Below, piece by piece: positions 28,087 to 38,494 of a DNA stretch of 64,000 bases (position 1 is the first letter of the stretch; every line of letters starts with the position of its first letter). This DNA is from a virus (Duplodnaviria > Caudoviricetes). Both the position numbers and the translations under genes were made by a program. Where the stretch lies: IMG/VR virus record IMGVR_UViG_3300020047_004811, positions 1-64,000 of that record; one strand, given 5' to 3'. A model generated the notes under the pieces. The model had not been told where the DNA came from and did not search any database. It saw nothing but the letters and a program-made list of their open reading frames with translations.

Positions 28087-28738
28087 AAAATCTATTCACT
28101 TTACATCTGACTGGCACATTGGGCATTTCAACTCTATCAAGTTTGATGATCGTCCTTTCAAGGACCTAGATCATATGCACAGAGTTCTTGTGAATAACTA
28201 CAACGCTCAAGTCCCAGAAGACGGGCTATGTTATTTCCTTGGAGATATAGGTCTAAGTAGTAGCGAGACGCTAAAGAAAGTTTTAGCCGAGCTTAATGGG
28301 ACCAAGGTTCTAGTATTAGGGAATCACGATAAGAAGTTCAATGCTATGTATGAAATCGGGTTTGATGTTGTACTTCACGGTGCAACTATCTATATCGCAG
28401 GTGAACGTGTAACTATGACTCACTGTCCTCTGCGTGGTGTATTCCGAGAGAATACTGAACATATGCGAAGTGCCTATTCAGACCGAGATAAAGCGGAAGG
28501 TATTCCTAAGTATGAGAACTGGCACGGAGAACACAAGCACGGACCATACTCATGTACTGACGAAGGACAGTTCCATTTACATGGACACATCCATTCAGGT
28601 CCAGCTAATGATAAGCTTCGAGTAGACGGTCGACAGTTAGATGTGGGTGCTCCGGCAAATAAGTATCGTCCTGTATCAATATCAGAAGTTGAATCTTGGA
28701 TAGCTAAAACTAAATTAGGCTTGACAACCCATGACTAA
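28070..28738 (+). CDS. calcineurin-like metallophosphoesterase
   Basis: TSDWHIGH, LGD, LGNHD, HCP, HGHIH. Confidence 0.88.
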   Translation: MSHKHRKSIHFTSDWHIGHFNSIKFDDRPFKDLDHMHRVLVNNYNAQVPEDGLCYFLGDIGLSSSETLKKVLAELNGTKVLVLGNHDKKFNAMYEIGFDVVLHGATIYIAGERVTMTHCPLRGVFRENTEHMRSAYSDRDKAEGIPKYENWHGEHKHGPYSCTDEGQFHLHGHIHSGPANDKLRVDGRQLDVGAPANKYRPVSISEVESWIAKTKLGLTTHD

Positions 28739-28750
28739 ATCATTTAAGAT
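28721..28750 (+). promoter_or_regulatory. sigma70-like promoter
   Basis: TTGACA-N18-TAAGAT. Confidence 0.55.
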
Positions 28751-28842
28751 CAAACTAGGAAAGGTAAAGACAAGGAAACCTGTCCATAAGAAGCCTAACA
28801 CAATAATGAAGTCTAAAAAAGACTATAAGAGGAAGCCAAAAC

Positions 28843-29109
28843 ATGGCAGTATACGGTGCCCAATTTCAGAAGAATAAGAAAACAATAGCCGCGCTTAATT
28901 TTCAAAAGTATGGCAACTTTACCTGTGAGATTTGTAAGAAGTCCCCACTCCTCCCCGGCGAAGGAAATCGCTCAGATAGAAATAAAGAAGCCTCTGGAAC
29001 ACTTCTAACTGTGGATCATATCCAACCCCTAGGGAAGGGGGGGAAGAATGGATTGTATAATCTACAAGTTTGTTGTAATAAATGCAATAGAGCTAAGGGA
29101 TGTAAGTGA
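28843..29109 (+). CDS. small HNH endonuclease
   Basis: CEIC, TVDHIQP..KGG, NLQVCCNKCNRAKG. Confidence 0.88.
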   Translation: MAVYGAQFQKNKKTIAALNFQKYGNFTCEICKKSPLLPGEGNRSDRNKEASGTLLTVDHIQPLGKGGKNGLYNLQVCCNKCNRAKGCK

Positions 29110-29373
29110 AATTATACGGAGTATTTGAAGTTTATGACCCGGGAGCTGGGGAGTATAGCGAGCAATTAATTTCATTGCATTATAATAAAAAGAATGCAGA
29201 AGACAAAGCAACTGAATTCTTAATTATAGAAGAAGAAAACCATTTAGCGAGCTGTAACCGTTTAGAGAAGGCAGGTTATAAAAGACCTGATTATCCTAAT
29301 TATTTTGAATTCTACGGAGATGGCGGAGGAAAGTGGGGATCACATTCGTGGAAAGTAAGGGAACTTGAAATTG

Positions 29374-29709
29374 ATGAGTAAAAATCTACTTCTTATATTT
29401 ATAATGTTATTACCATTAAAAGGATATACTGTGACATTTGAAGAAATCACCGCCGCAGATAAAGCTGTTATTCGATTTACCGCAACATGGTGCGGACCAT
29501 GCAAGTCTTTCGCTCCAATCTTCGATGAAGTCGCGGCAGAGCATCCAGAGGTTAAGACCTTTGTTGTAGATGCTGACGAGAATCCAGAGATTCTCCAGAG
29601 ATTTGGAGTGAGGGGAATACCTACGGTATTTAGAATTGAATCTGGTTCTGTGAAATTACAGCGATCCGGAGTGCTCCCGAAGCCCGAGCTTGAAAAATTC
29701 TTTGAATGA
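29374..29709 (+). CDS. thioredoxin with hydrophobic N-terminal leader
   Basis: WCGPCK, GIPT; N-terminus LLLIFIMLLPL. Confidence 0.88.
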   Translation: MSKNLLLIFIMLLPLKGYTVTFEEITAADKAVIRFTATWCGPCKSFAPIFDEVAAEHPEVKTFVVDADENPEILQRFGVRGIPTVFRIESGSVKLQRSGVLPKPELEKFFE

Positions 29710-29883
29710 AATACCACGCAACACCTAACTCATTCTATATTACAATCGACAAGATTCGATATAGTACTAACTTGTATATGAAATGCAATATATCGTATTA
29801 CTATAAATGTAACAATATGTTGTTCCACAAAGAGAGAAGCGTAAAGATATATAAAGAAAAGGCTAGACATTGGGAGAACTGGA

Positions 29884-30957
29884 ATGAGTAATCCAATAGT
29901 TCTTTCACATTCGGCTCGTGGCAAGTATGACTTATGTCCAAAGTTATATCAGCTCCATTATATAGAAAAGATTAGACCGCCGGATAATAACTCGACTCTT
30001 AGATTTGGTGGGTCGATTGATAAGGCCGCAGAGATATATCTAAAAACTAAAGACAGAGAAGCTTGTAAACTAGCATTTGAAGAAGAATGGGGAAAATATA
30101 GCGATGATCCAACGATTGAGTTTGCTAAGCATGATTTTGATATTGAGCTTGTCCAACAATTCCATTACGAACCTATTATCGAAACTACATCATTTAAGAA
30201 CCTATCCGATTTTATCTCGGTCTACAAAGATCAAGAAGTCATAAAGAACGATGTAGAAAAAGTAGCTTGGGCTAAGCTAAACTGGCTCTCCCTTCAAACT
30301 AAGGGTAGACTCATGATATCTGCCCTGATGGATTGGGTGGATGAAAACGTAGAGGAAGTTTTAGATACTCAAGGAAAGATCGAACTAGAAGATGGGGATG
30401 GGAATAAGGTCACGGGACTTGCAGACTTTGTAATTAAAATATACGGATACGATAAACCTATTCTAGTAGACTTGAAAACCTCGATCATATATTATCAACG
30501 AGGCTCGGTTAAAGAATCTGAGCAGCTCGCGCTCTATTATTTCTATCTAAAACAAACCAAGTTCCCAGATATGGAACGAGCGGCATTCCTAGTGCTGAGC
30601 AAACAGATCAAGAAGAATCGTACTAAGACTTGTTTGAAGTGTGGACATGTAACGACCGGGAGAGAACAAACTTGTGCTGAGGGTGGCAAAGGAAAAAGTA
30701 GATGTGGTGGTGAGTTTTCTATTGACATCTATCCAGAGGCTGTGTTACAGTACATCCACGATGAGATTCCAGAGGAATTCATCCAGTCTACGATTGAGAA
30801 ATTTAATATATCAGTTGCAGCAATCCACGCTGGGAAATTTGAACCATGTTGGACTAGTTGTGATAATATGTATGGTCGTAGATGTCCATACTACGACTAT
30901 TGTAGGACAGGATCGATGGTCGGGTTGATTAAGAAGGAGAAAAAAGAAGATGTTTAA
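29884..30957 (+). CDS. PD-(D/E)XK Cas4/RecB-like exonuclease
   Basis: LSHS, CPK, FGG.ID, GLADFV, LVDLKTS, QLALY, terminal C-x6-CPYYDYC. Confidence 0.82.
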   Translation: MSNPIVLSHSARGKYDLCPKLYQLHYIEKIRPPDNNSTLRFGGSIDKAAEIYLKTKDREACKLAFEEEWGKYSDDPTIEFAKHDFDIELVQQFHYEPIIETTSFKNLSDFISVYKDQEVIKNDVEKVAWAKLNWLSLQTKGRLMISALMDWVDENVEEVLDTQGKIELEDGDGNKVTGLADFVIKIYGYDKPILVDLKTSIIYYQRGSVKESEQLALYYFYLKQTKFPDMERAAFLVLSKQIKKNRTKTCLKCGHVTTGREQTCAEGGKGKSRCGGEFSIDIYPEAVLQYIHDEIPEEFIQSTIEKFNISVAAIHAGKFEPCWTSCDNMYGRRCPYYDYCRTGSMVGLIKKEKKEDV

Positions 30958-31428
30958 AAAACTTAAAGCAACAACTGTTAATAGTTTCATTGGTAAATCA
31001 TTTTTCTACGCTGACAATCAAACAGGCATTGGCTGGACAAGTAAAATAGATTCTATTTCTAGTAATCCACTATCAGATTCATATACCCTAGAATTGTCAT
31101 GTGGAACTTTAGTAAAAATGAATAGACTTGATTTATATAAATGTAAAGAATTATCAGAATTAACAAACTTGGAGAAATAATGGCTAAGAAGATTACCCCA
31201 GCGACAACCTCAGATGCTTTCGAGGCTGAGCTTAAAAGCGAGCCTCAAATATTTGATACAGTAACTATTGGCATTGCTAAGACAGCCACAGGATATAGCA
31301 TCCTAAAGGTTTCCGTAGACTCTAAAGGTCTGGAAGCCGGGGAAGTAGTAGTTCTAGATACTGCGGAAGGTAAAGCCGAGGCTAATGAAAAGTTTAAGAT
31401 TAACGTAGTTAAACAGGGGATTCTATAA
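30950..31428 (+). other. two hypothetical ORFs (30950-31180, 31180-31428)
   Basis: ORF track. Confidence 0.55.
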
Positions 31429-32006
31429 TGAACGGATATATAAGCGTAGATATCGAGACTACCGGAATTGCTGACGAATCTCATATCCTACAGATTTCAG
31501 CAGTATATGACGACCTCAAATCCCCTATCTCCGAGCTTCTAACATTCGATGTTGCAGTTAAGTATGATGTAATGACTCATTGTGAACCCTATGCAATGGG
31601 CATGAACGCTAAGCTTCTAGAAAAGCTTATGAATAAAGACTACGGTTTGAACCCAAGATTTGCTGCGGTTTCTTTTATTAGTTTTCTAAATAAGGTTCAT
31701 GAAAAAATTGGACACGAAGACGAAAAAGGCCGCCCGACTAAATTAGTTTTCGCTGGAAAAAACGTAGCTAGTTTCGATATCCCAAAAATTCGTAGATTCC
31801 TGCCAAATAATGAACAGGCTGCGTTCGATAAAATCATTCACTACAAAACTCTGGACGTAGGTAGTTTATATTACGACGTTTTCAAAGATAATGTGTCGCT
31901 CTCCAAAATTAATGAGTTGACAAACAGACCTCCGGTAAGCCATAATGCTTTAGATGATGCATTCGATGTAGTATACGCAGTAAGACATAAGTTGGGAATC
32001 AAGTAG
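31428..32006 (+). CDS. DEDDh 3'-5' exonuclease
   Basis: SVDIETTG, AGKNVASFD, HNALDDAFD. Confidence 0.85.
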   Translation: MNGYISVDIETTGIADESHILQISAVYDDLKSPISELLTFDVAVKYDVMTHCEPYAMGMNAKLLEKLMNKDYGLNPRFAAVSFISFLNKVHEKIGHEDEKGRPTKLVFAGKNVASFDIPKIRRFLPNNEQAAFDKIIHYKTLDVGSLYYDVFKDNVSLSKINELTNRPPVSHNALDDAFDVVYAVRHKLGIK

Positions 32007-32172
32007 TGAATTCTTGGGATTTAGAATGCTTGAGTTGTGGTGCGCACTGGATGCAAATTTGCTCCTGCACCAAAGAACAAATAACTGAAGCTGAGAATAA
32101 GTTTTTAAGAATGCAGGAACAGGTTAATGAAATGGAAACAATGACATTAGAAGAATTATTAAGGAGAATTAA

Positions 32173-32772
32173 ATGAATAGATCAGAAACAATTGGCAAAA
32201 TTGCCACAGCTCTCGTTAAGGCTCAAAGTGAGATGGGTAATGCCGTAAAAGGCTCAGCTAATCCATTCTTCAAATCTAAGTTCGCAGACCTGAACTCAGT
32301 ACGAGAAGCTTGTATTGGACCACTCAATGCTCAGGGTGTATCAGTTCTACAGCCTACATCAGTTCTTGACGGTAAGCTTTACGTAGAAACGCTCCTATTG
32401 CACGAATCTGGGGAATATATCTCAGGCTTGTATGAGGTAGTGGTCGGCAAGCAAAACGATCCACAGGCGCTAGGAGCAGCTATTAGCTATAGCCGTAGAT
32501 ATGGTCTACAGTCTATGGTAAATATCGGTGCGGAGGATGACGATGCTGAGTCGGCGATGGGTCGGAATACAAAGACTGTTGTAAAAACAAACACTAATAC
32601 CAAAGTAGATGGGACAGTAGAAAAAACTCAGGTTTTGTCAGACGGAACTACTGGCACCACAGTTGTAACAACAGACAGCCGCGACCTTCAAGTTAAGAAA
32701 GGTGGGTTCGGAGTTAAGAAAACAGTAGAAACTACAGTAGTAGCTAGTGGTTCAGAAGATGGATGGTCATAA
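32173..32772 (+). CDS. erf: ERF-family ssDNA annealing protein
   Basis: NPFFKSKFADL, LLHESGEY, QALGAAISYSRRYGL, EDDDA. Confidence 0.9.
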   Translation: MNRSETIGKIATALVKAQSEMGNAVKGSANPFFKSKFADLNSVREACIGPLNAQGVSVLQPTSVLDGKLYVETLLLHESGEYISGLYEVVVGKQNDPQALGAAISYSRRYGLQSMVNIGAEDDDAESAMGRNTKTVVKTNTNTKVDGTVEKTQVLSDGTTGTTVVTTDSRDLQVKKGGFGVKKTVETTVVASGSEDGWS

Positions 32773-32773
32773 T

Positions 32774-34254
32774 ATGAAATACTCAATCCTCGGGCTATTA
32801 CTATTAACTAGCTGCGGTTATATTAATCGAGAAGTTCAGAGTCTTACAGGAAGACCAAGCTCTGTTTGTCATAATGGAATTTCGTATCTACAATTCGCAT
32901 CTGGCGTTTCAGTAGAGTATGAAACCATAGTTCTAATCGAAGGAACCGAGCAATTAACTAATCCATCAATTAAAAAGTGTAAATAATAAGGGAGCAATAT
33001 GTCAGAAGAAACCGTAGTTACAGAACCACAAACAGAAGAAAGCTTGAAGTTTGATCCTAAAGAAGTAGAGGCTCAGCTTGTCAAGATCGCACAGGAACGT
33101 GCAGAAGACCCAGCAGAGACAGCCGCAACTTGTTATAGAACATACCTACCGTTCTATAAAATTATGAGTAAGAATAAAAAGCTTAGCACCCGCGCATTGC
33201 GTAGGATTCTAGATTTCTTGATTCTATATCCACTAGAGTCAGATAAAGCAAACGCCACTTCAAAAGAAGAAAGAGAGATGATGGAGCTTTGCAATACTCT
33301 GATTCAGGCTAAGTTTGTTCTAATTCTAGATACATACAATAACCACGCTCAGGAACTATACGACGCAGCGAACTCTCCTCTAACTGAGGAAGAGGCGAAC
33401 CAAGTAATTGCAGACCTAAAAGCAGGTGGGGCTAGTGATGAAGATATCGCAGCTATTCACAAACCAGTTGACAACCATAATGTTGAAACTGTAGTATCAG
33501 CTCAAGGAGAATAACATGAGAGAATATTTCGTAGTGATGATTAAAGAAGGAAGCACAGAGAATCTCAAACTTCTAACAGAGAAGTTAAATGCAGGATTCT
33601 ATATTGACAATAGATATGACGTTGGTCGTAGTTTAATGATCACTCTTCGTAAAGATGCAAGTGAGAACGAACTCAGAGGTACTTCGATAGCCTTAGATAG
33701 TATTTCAGTTGCCGGGGCCGCCAATTTTACATACGCAGGAACAATCCCATTTTAAGGAGAATAGTATGAAGAATAAAATTATTGCCGGACTTATTATAAT
33801 CACAGGGATGCTATTTACCGGAGCAGTAGTATTTAAAAGCTACCTTACAGATACAGACAGTAAACTATATGCTTTGGGAATGATTACAGGATTGTCTGCA
33901 GTTATGACCAAACTACTAATTAAGGAATAAATTATGGCTGGAAAATGGAATAGACAACAAATCGGTAAGATCACAAAAAAGACTCCAGATAAAGAACGAT
34001 TCCCAGAAAAAAGGGATGCCACTGGAAAAGTAATTGACCCCGGAGTAAGAGAATTCTCTTTCAAAGTTGATCAAGATATCACACTGAAGGCTGGCACCTA
34101 CCTTAATCTAGAGAATAAAGCATTTAAACTTAGGTCTCTAGAAGCTAACAAGGAAAAGATGTCAGAAGAGAATTACGAGAAAGCTCTGGAACGAATCAAC
34201 AAACATCCAGATTTTGTATTCTTCGAGGTTATTAAACTAGATAAAGAATCCTAG
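32774..34254 (+). other. run of hypothetical ORFs (lipoprotein 32774-32986, 32999-33514, 33516-33755, small membrane ORF ending 33930, 33934-34254)
   Basis: ORF track; lipobox LTSC in the first. Confidence 0.6.
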
Positions 34255-34343
34255 CCCTCCTCTAGGAACCTTTCCCTAACGGGATAAGCTTTGGTTAAAC
34301 AAGCCGCCACCTCCAGCGTAGACGTAATCACCGAGGTTGACAA

Positions 34344-34367
34344 GCCGGGAATAGACCGGCATTTTTT
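34344..34367 (+). terminator. intrinsic terminator
   Basis: GCCGG-GAATAGA-CCGGC followed by ATTTTTT. Confidence 0.75.
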
Positions 34368-34386
34368 ATAATAGGAATATAGAAAC

Positions 34387-34611
34387 ATGAAATCAACCGG
34401 CATTTATTACAATCCGCAACTTAATAAAATTATAGAAATTATTGGAACTTTCAATGTTAACATTTGTGGAGTAGACATTATTGTTTATGATGTTAATGAA
34501 ACTCAGAAAACTATATGGGTTGACCACGCTGAATATACTTATTGTCTAGGTCCTATTTTAGGATTGACAAATGAAGGACTAAAAGGTTACTATAAAATAG
34601 GGATTTTGTAA
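34387..34611 (+). CDS. hypothetical protein
   Basis: ORF track. Confidence 0.55.
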   Translation: MKSTGIYYNPQLNKIIEIIGTFNVNICGVDIIVYDVNETQKTIWVDHAEYTYCLGPILGLTNEGLKGYYKIGIL

Positions 34612-34612
34612 T

Positions 34613-36562
34613 ATGAAACAGGGGGATACATTGTACGTCAACGTTCGTCGAGGGCTTAATTCTAAGCCAATGCTGGTAAATATCAAAGAAGACATTAATA
34701 AGTTTATTACCAACCGAGATCAAGATTGGTATGTAAGTTTGTATAAATATACTGACGAACATCTACAAACACTAGAAGAAACTGGAACTCTAGCTGGGAT
34801 TAAAAATACTACAACAAACACACTATACTTCGACTTCGATTCCAAGGCTGATCTAGCCATTGCACAGAAAGATGCTATTGAAGTAGCAAATAGGCTTATT
34901 ACTCGCGGACTAGATGAAGATAATATCGGATGCTATTTTACTGGCGGAAAGGGTTTCAGCGTAGAGGTAGAGATCAATGATTACATTACTCCAGATAAGT
35001 TTAAAGCTATTACTGCTGATATTGCGGGTGACCTCGGCACTTTTGATACTGTCGTCAATGATCCTAATCGTATTGTCCGGCTGGCTAATACTAAGCATCA
35101 AAACTCTGGACTCTACAAAATCCCGCTCACACCAGAAGAACTAGTGTCGCTTAAAATAGACGAGATCAAGCTGCTCGCCAAGAATCCTAGACAGAATAGA
35201 ATGCTAAAGGTTGCGACATTGCCTAAGAATATGAAAGATATTGAAGTCCCAAAAGTTAAAACAGTAGAGCAAATGGCGAAGGACCTAACCTTCGATACAT
35301 CTACTATTGATATGAAAGCCCGCCCAAAAGGAATTGATGAGGTTAGATGGCTTCTGATTAATGGATTCTTCAGAATTGGAGAAGGGGAACGCCACTATGC
35401 CATGCTATGTCTAGCAGCGACTTATAAAAATCAGGGATATCCTAAAGAACATTGCGATGCTCTACTCAATGCAGTAGCTTTAACTCAAGCAAATCGAACT
35501 GGAGACGACATATTTCCAGATGATAAGATTGATCTAATCACAAAGCAAGTTTATGGACCGGGATGGCAGGGCGGTCAATTTACGACTCGCGACCCTAATA
35601 ACTGGCTAGCAAAATATGCTAAGAAGATGGGGATCAATGTAAAAGAAGACGAGGGTCCTGCAACCCTTGATGGTATTAGCGCGGGATTCACCCACTATAT
35701 CATGAATATTGAGAAGAATACTGTAAAGACTGGAATTGACGAGCTTGACAAAGCTATGCCTATTACAGTAGGATCAAACATTGGAGTTGTAGCTGCAGCC
35801 GGAGCTGGTAAAACAGCAATGGCGCTAAAAATGTTGAGATATAACTCAGAACAAGGAATTCCTACGGTATTTGCTTCATTGGATATGCACCGTAATAGGC
35901 TTTTTGAGAAAGTTGTGTACAATGTGACGGGTCTTAGCCGAGAAGACGTATACGCCCGATTTAAAGCTGGTAAAGGCAAGGAACTTACAGACCTAGTGAA
36001 GAAACATTACGGGAATGTGTGGTTCTATGATCGATCTAGCGCGACCGTCGAGGATATTCGTAACTATGTAGTAGATGTAGAGGCTAGAACTGGACAAAAG
36101 ATTAAGATGGTCATGTTTGACTACTTCGAGCGGATTAGTTCTGACGTTTCAGACGACACGGCAAGCTCAAAAAAGGTAGCCGGACAGATTCAGGACATGA
36201 TTAACGATCTAGATGTAGCTGCAGTCACGTTAGTTCAGCCAAACAAGTTCTCCCTTGGTGGAGGACCAGACACAGAGATCAAATCATATACTGCAATCAA
36301 GGGAAGTTCGTTCCTTTACCAGAGTTTTAGGGGGATTGTTAGTCTTAGTCGCCCATTTTATACGCCAGACACGGCAGAACTTGACAAATATATGGTAATC
36401 AACGTACTGAAAAACGATTTGGGTGCTCAAGCTAGGTTTGAAATGGGTTGGCATGGTAAAACTGGTGAGATTTATACCCTCGAAGACCATGAAAGAGCAG
36501 AGCTTAAAGAACTTATGAAGCTTAAGAATGCAACGAAAGAAAAATCTGACGGGTGGGAATGA
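34613..36562 (+). CDS. AEP primase-DnaB-like helicase fusion
   Basis: LYFDFD, FTGGKGF, RIVRLANTKH (AEP); AGAGKT Walker A, ASLDM, MFDYFE (SF4 helicase). Confidence 0.88.
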   Translation: MKQGDTLYVNVRRGLNSKPMLVNIKEDINKFITNRDQDWYVSLYKYTDEHLQTLEETGTLAGIKNTTTNTLYFDFDSKADLAIAQKDAIEVANRLITRGLDEDNIGCYFTGGKGFSVEVEINDYITPDKFKAITADIAGDLGTFDTVVNDPNRIVRLANTKHQNSGLYKIPLTPEELVSLKIDEIKLLAKNPRQNRMLKVATLPKNMKDIEVPKVKTVEQMAKDLTFDTSTIDMKARPKGIDEVRWLLINGFFRIGEGERHYAMLCLAATYKNQGYPKEHCDALLNAVALTQANRTGDDIFPDDKIDLITKQVYGPGWQGGQFTTRDPNNWLAKYAKKMGINVKEDEGPATLDGISAGFTHYIMNIEKNTVKTGIDELDKAMPITVGSNIGVVAAAGAGKTAMALKMLRYNSEQGIPTVFASLDMHRNRLFEKVVYNVTGLSREDVYARFKAGKGKELTDLVKKHYGNVWFYDRSSATVEDIRNYVVDVEARTGQKIKMVMFDYFERISSDVSDDTASSKKVAGQIQDMINDLDVAAVTLVQPNKFSLGGGPDTEIKSYTAIKGSSFLYQSFRGIVSLSRPFYTPDTAELDKYMVINVLKNDLGAQARFEMGWHGKTGEIYTLEDHERAELKELMKLKNATKEKSDGWE

Positions 36563-36864
36563 AAACAATACAAGAAATCAAGCTAGAAGCCCGGCGTAAA
36601 GCCGACCTCAAGCAGCTACATGAATTCAACGAGCTAGTTAAATGGCTAGAAGATGCCGTTATCCCGAAATATCTAGAAAAAGGTCACACTGGTTGTAGTA
36701 TATTTGGTTGGGATAGAAACATAGAAAAGCACTATGACAAGCTAAAGCCAGTGTTAGAGTCCGCTGGCTAGAAAGTAAACAAGATACCGTATCAAGAAGA
36801 CGTAGGACCATTCCTTCGTCCTATGTATATAACAAGATATAATATTAATATATCATGGGAGTAG
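36559..36864 (+). pseudogene. hypothetical ORF with in-frame TAG at 36769-36771
   Basis: Frame stays open for 30 more codons (KVNKIPY...ISWE) after the amber. Confidence 0.35.
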
Positions 36865-37010
36865 AGTAATGTGTAAGCGAAGTCCCGAAGAAGAGGAAAG
36901 AATTATAAATGAAATCCTAGAAGATATGGGATTAGAAAAATACAAGATATCTACATCTAAGCGCGGCACAAATATAATGTGGGTAAAAGAGAAGAAAGAG
37001 GTTAAAGATA

Positions 37011-38138
37011 ATGAGCCTAGTAAAAGAGATTAAAGTTAAAGAGTTAGAACTTAAAGAACTCAAATCTAAGAAGCAAGCTATTGATAAAATTAAAGCTTCA
37101 GATTCAATTATTTGTCACGGCTATCAAAAAGGTCGAGGTTGTGGTAAGAAAATTAAGGTTAAAGATATTGACTTAATCCAGACTCACTGGTATACTCCTC
37201 CATACGGTTGCACTGGCGGTGACTACTATAATCTAGGAGAGTCAAACTTTATCTGCCCTAAATGCAAAACAAGGAATCGTCCTTGTTGGAATAAAGAATT
37301 TAATTTAGCAGATATGGATTTTAGACAAGTTAAAGGTAAGTTTAAATCGGTTACAGATGAGTATGAATAATGATTTATATCTTAGCGCTTGTTTTTATGG
37401 GTAAAAATATTAATATGGACCTTACATTCAATAACTTAAAAGATTGTGAAATAAAAGCAAAAGAATTTATGGAAGATAACTATCAATCTAAATTTATATG
37501 TATTAAAAAATGAAATATTTATTAATTTTAGGATTAATAGTTGGTTGTGGTAAATTTAATAGAAAAGATTATGCTTGTTTAAAAGAGTCTCCAACAAAAA
37601 TTAGGTATCAAGTTTGGGATAATGGGCTAACTAAGTACAAAGTTTTGCATTGGGAAGGTCTATTTTACTTAAATGCCAACATTACGGACTTTGATAATTT
37701 ATACATAAGATGTCATTAATAGCCCCCATGGGTGTCTCTGACTACCATGAAGGACAAATTCCACATCAATTCTAGAACAAGGTGTGGCGGAGGTAGGGAC
37801 GAAAATATTCCTTTTAGTGATTGGTGGTCCTTTAAATTAAGCCGACACTCCAATGGCGTCACATGCCTAAACGCTCTGAACCCCGGCTCGACTGGGTAGT
37901 AGGAGTATAGATTTGAAGTTGTGAGGTGGCGGCTCGCTTTATTTAAGGAGAGTATATGAAAAAACCAACACTTGAAGAAGCTATAATAATTATTCAAAAA
38001 TCACCTGAAGGTTTTGCTAAAGAGTTCTTTAGAATACATCCTCAAACATTTATCGACCTTATTCCAGACAACCTACAACTAAATAAAAAGCCACTCAGCA
38101 AATCCCAGAAACACAAAAAGCGCAAACAAAAGCCTTGA
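37011..38138 (+). other. hypothetical ORFs (Zn-finger-like 37011-37370, lipoprotein 37510-37719, 37956-38138)
   Basis: ORF track; CxxC motif; lipobox IVGC. Confidence 0.55.
37720..37940. ncRNA. GC-rich structured intergenic segment
   Basis: Higher GC than flanks; hairpins CATGG/CCATG, CCACA/TGTGG, CCCGG/CTGGG; no credible + ORF. Confidence 0.3.
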
Positions 38139-38164
38139 CAATCCCACCCTCGTACCAGTATAGT
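38135..38164 (+). promoter_or_regulatory. sigma70-like promoter driving the tRNA-like RNA
   Basis: TTGACA-N18-TATAGT. Confidence 0.7.
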
Positions 38165-38171
38165 ATTTATT

Positions 38172-38290
38172 GAGCCGGTCTATGGTAGATAGCGCCCGGA
38201 GCTAATACTCCCAAGGCCTAGTTGGTTCGATTCCGACAAGGAACATGGTCTAGACTGTGGAGAGGGTTTCAAGTCCCTCCCGGCTTCCCT
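38172..38290 (+). ncRNA. non-canonical tRNA-like RNA with two T-loops
   Basis: 7-bp acceptor GAGCCGG/CCGGCTT; D-like CTAT-GGTAG-ATAG; GGAG-CTAATA-CTCC; inner GTTGG-TTCGATT-CCGAC; T arm GAGGG-TTTCAAGT-CCCTC; no CCA. Confidence 0.65.
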
Positions 38291-38304
38291 AATAAAAGGA
38301 AAAC

Positions 38305-38451
38305 ATGAAGAAAACTAAAGGACCAAACCTAATCAAAGGTCCGAAACCAAACTTAAGGAAAAAACTTAAGGGAAAGATACAAGTGTCAGTTCGCAAGACT
38401 TGGTTCTCAGACGCTATGGATGAACTGGACAAATTGGACAAGAAACAGTAG
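38305..38451 (+). CDS. small basic hypothetical protein
   Basis: Manual translation MKKTKGPNL...LDKKQ; SD AAGGA. Confidence 0.5.
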   Translation: MKKTKGPNLIKGPKPNLRKKLKGKIQVSVRKTWFSDAMDELDKLDKKQ

Positions 38452-38464
38452 TTGGTCATAATAT

Positions 38465-38494
38465 TTAACAACTATAGTATATAAGGAGTTGTTA
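38465..38494 (+). promoter_or_regulatory. TTAACAACT putative late promoter plus RBS-occluding hairpin
   Basis: TAACAACT(38466-38473) pairs with AGTTGTTA(38487-38494), covering part of the SD and the A of ATG. Confidence 0.75.

Noticed and set aside
34290-34360. HDV-like (theta) ribozyme suggested by GCCACCTCCAGCGT
   Set aside because: No P1 helix following P3 and no GG for P1.1.
38197-38212. Amber-suppressor tRNA (CTA in the loop)
   Set aside because: CUA cannot be placed at positions 34-36 with a U33 and a paired stem; TAG is used as a normal stop throughout.
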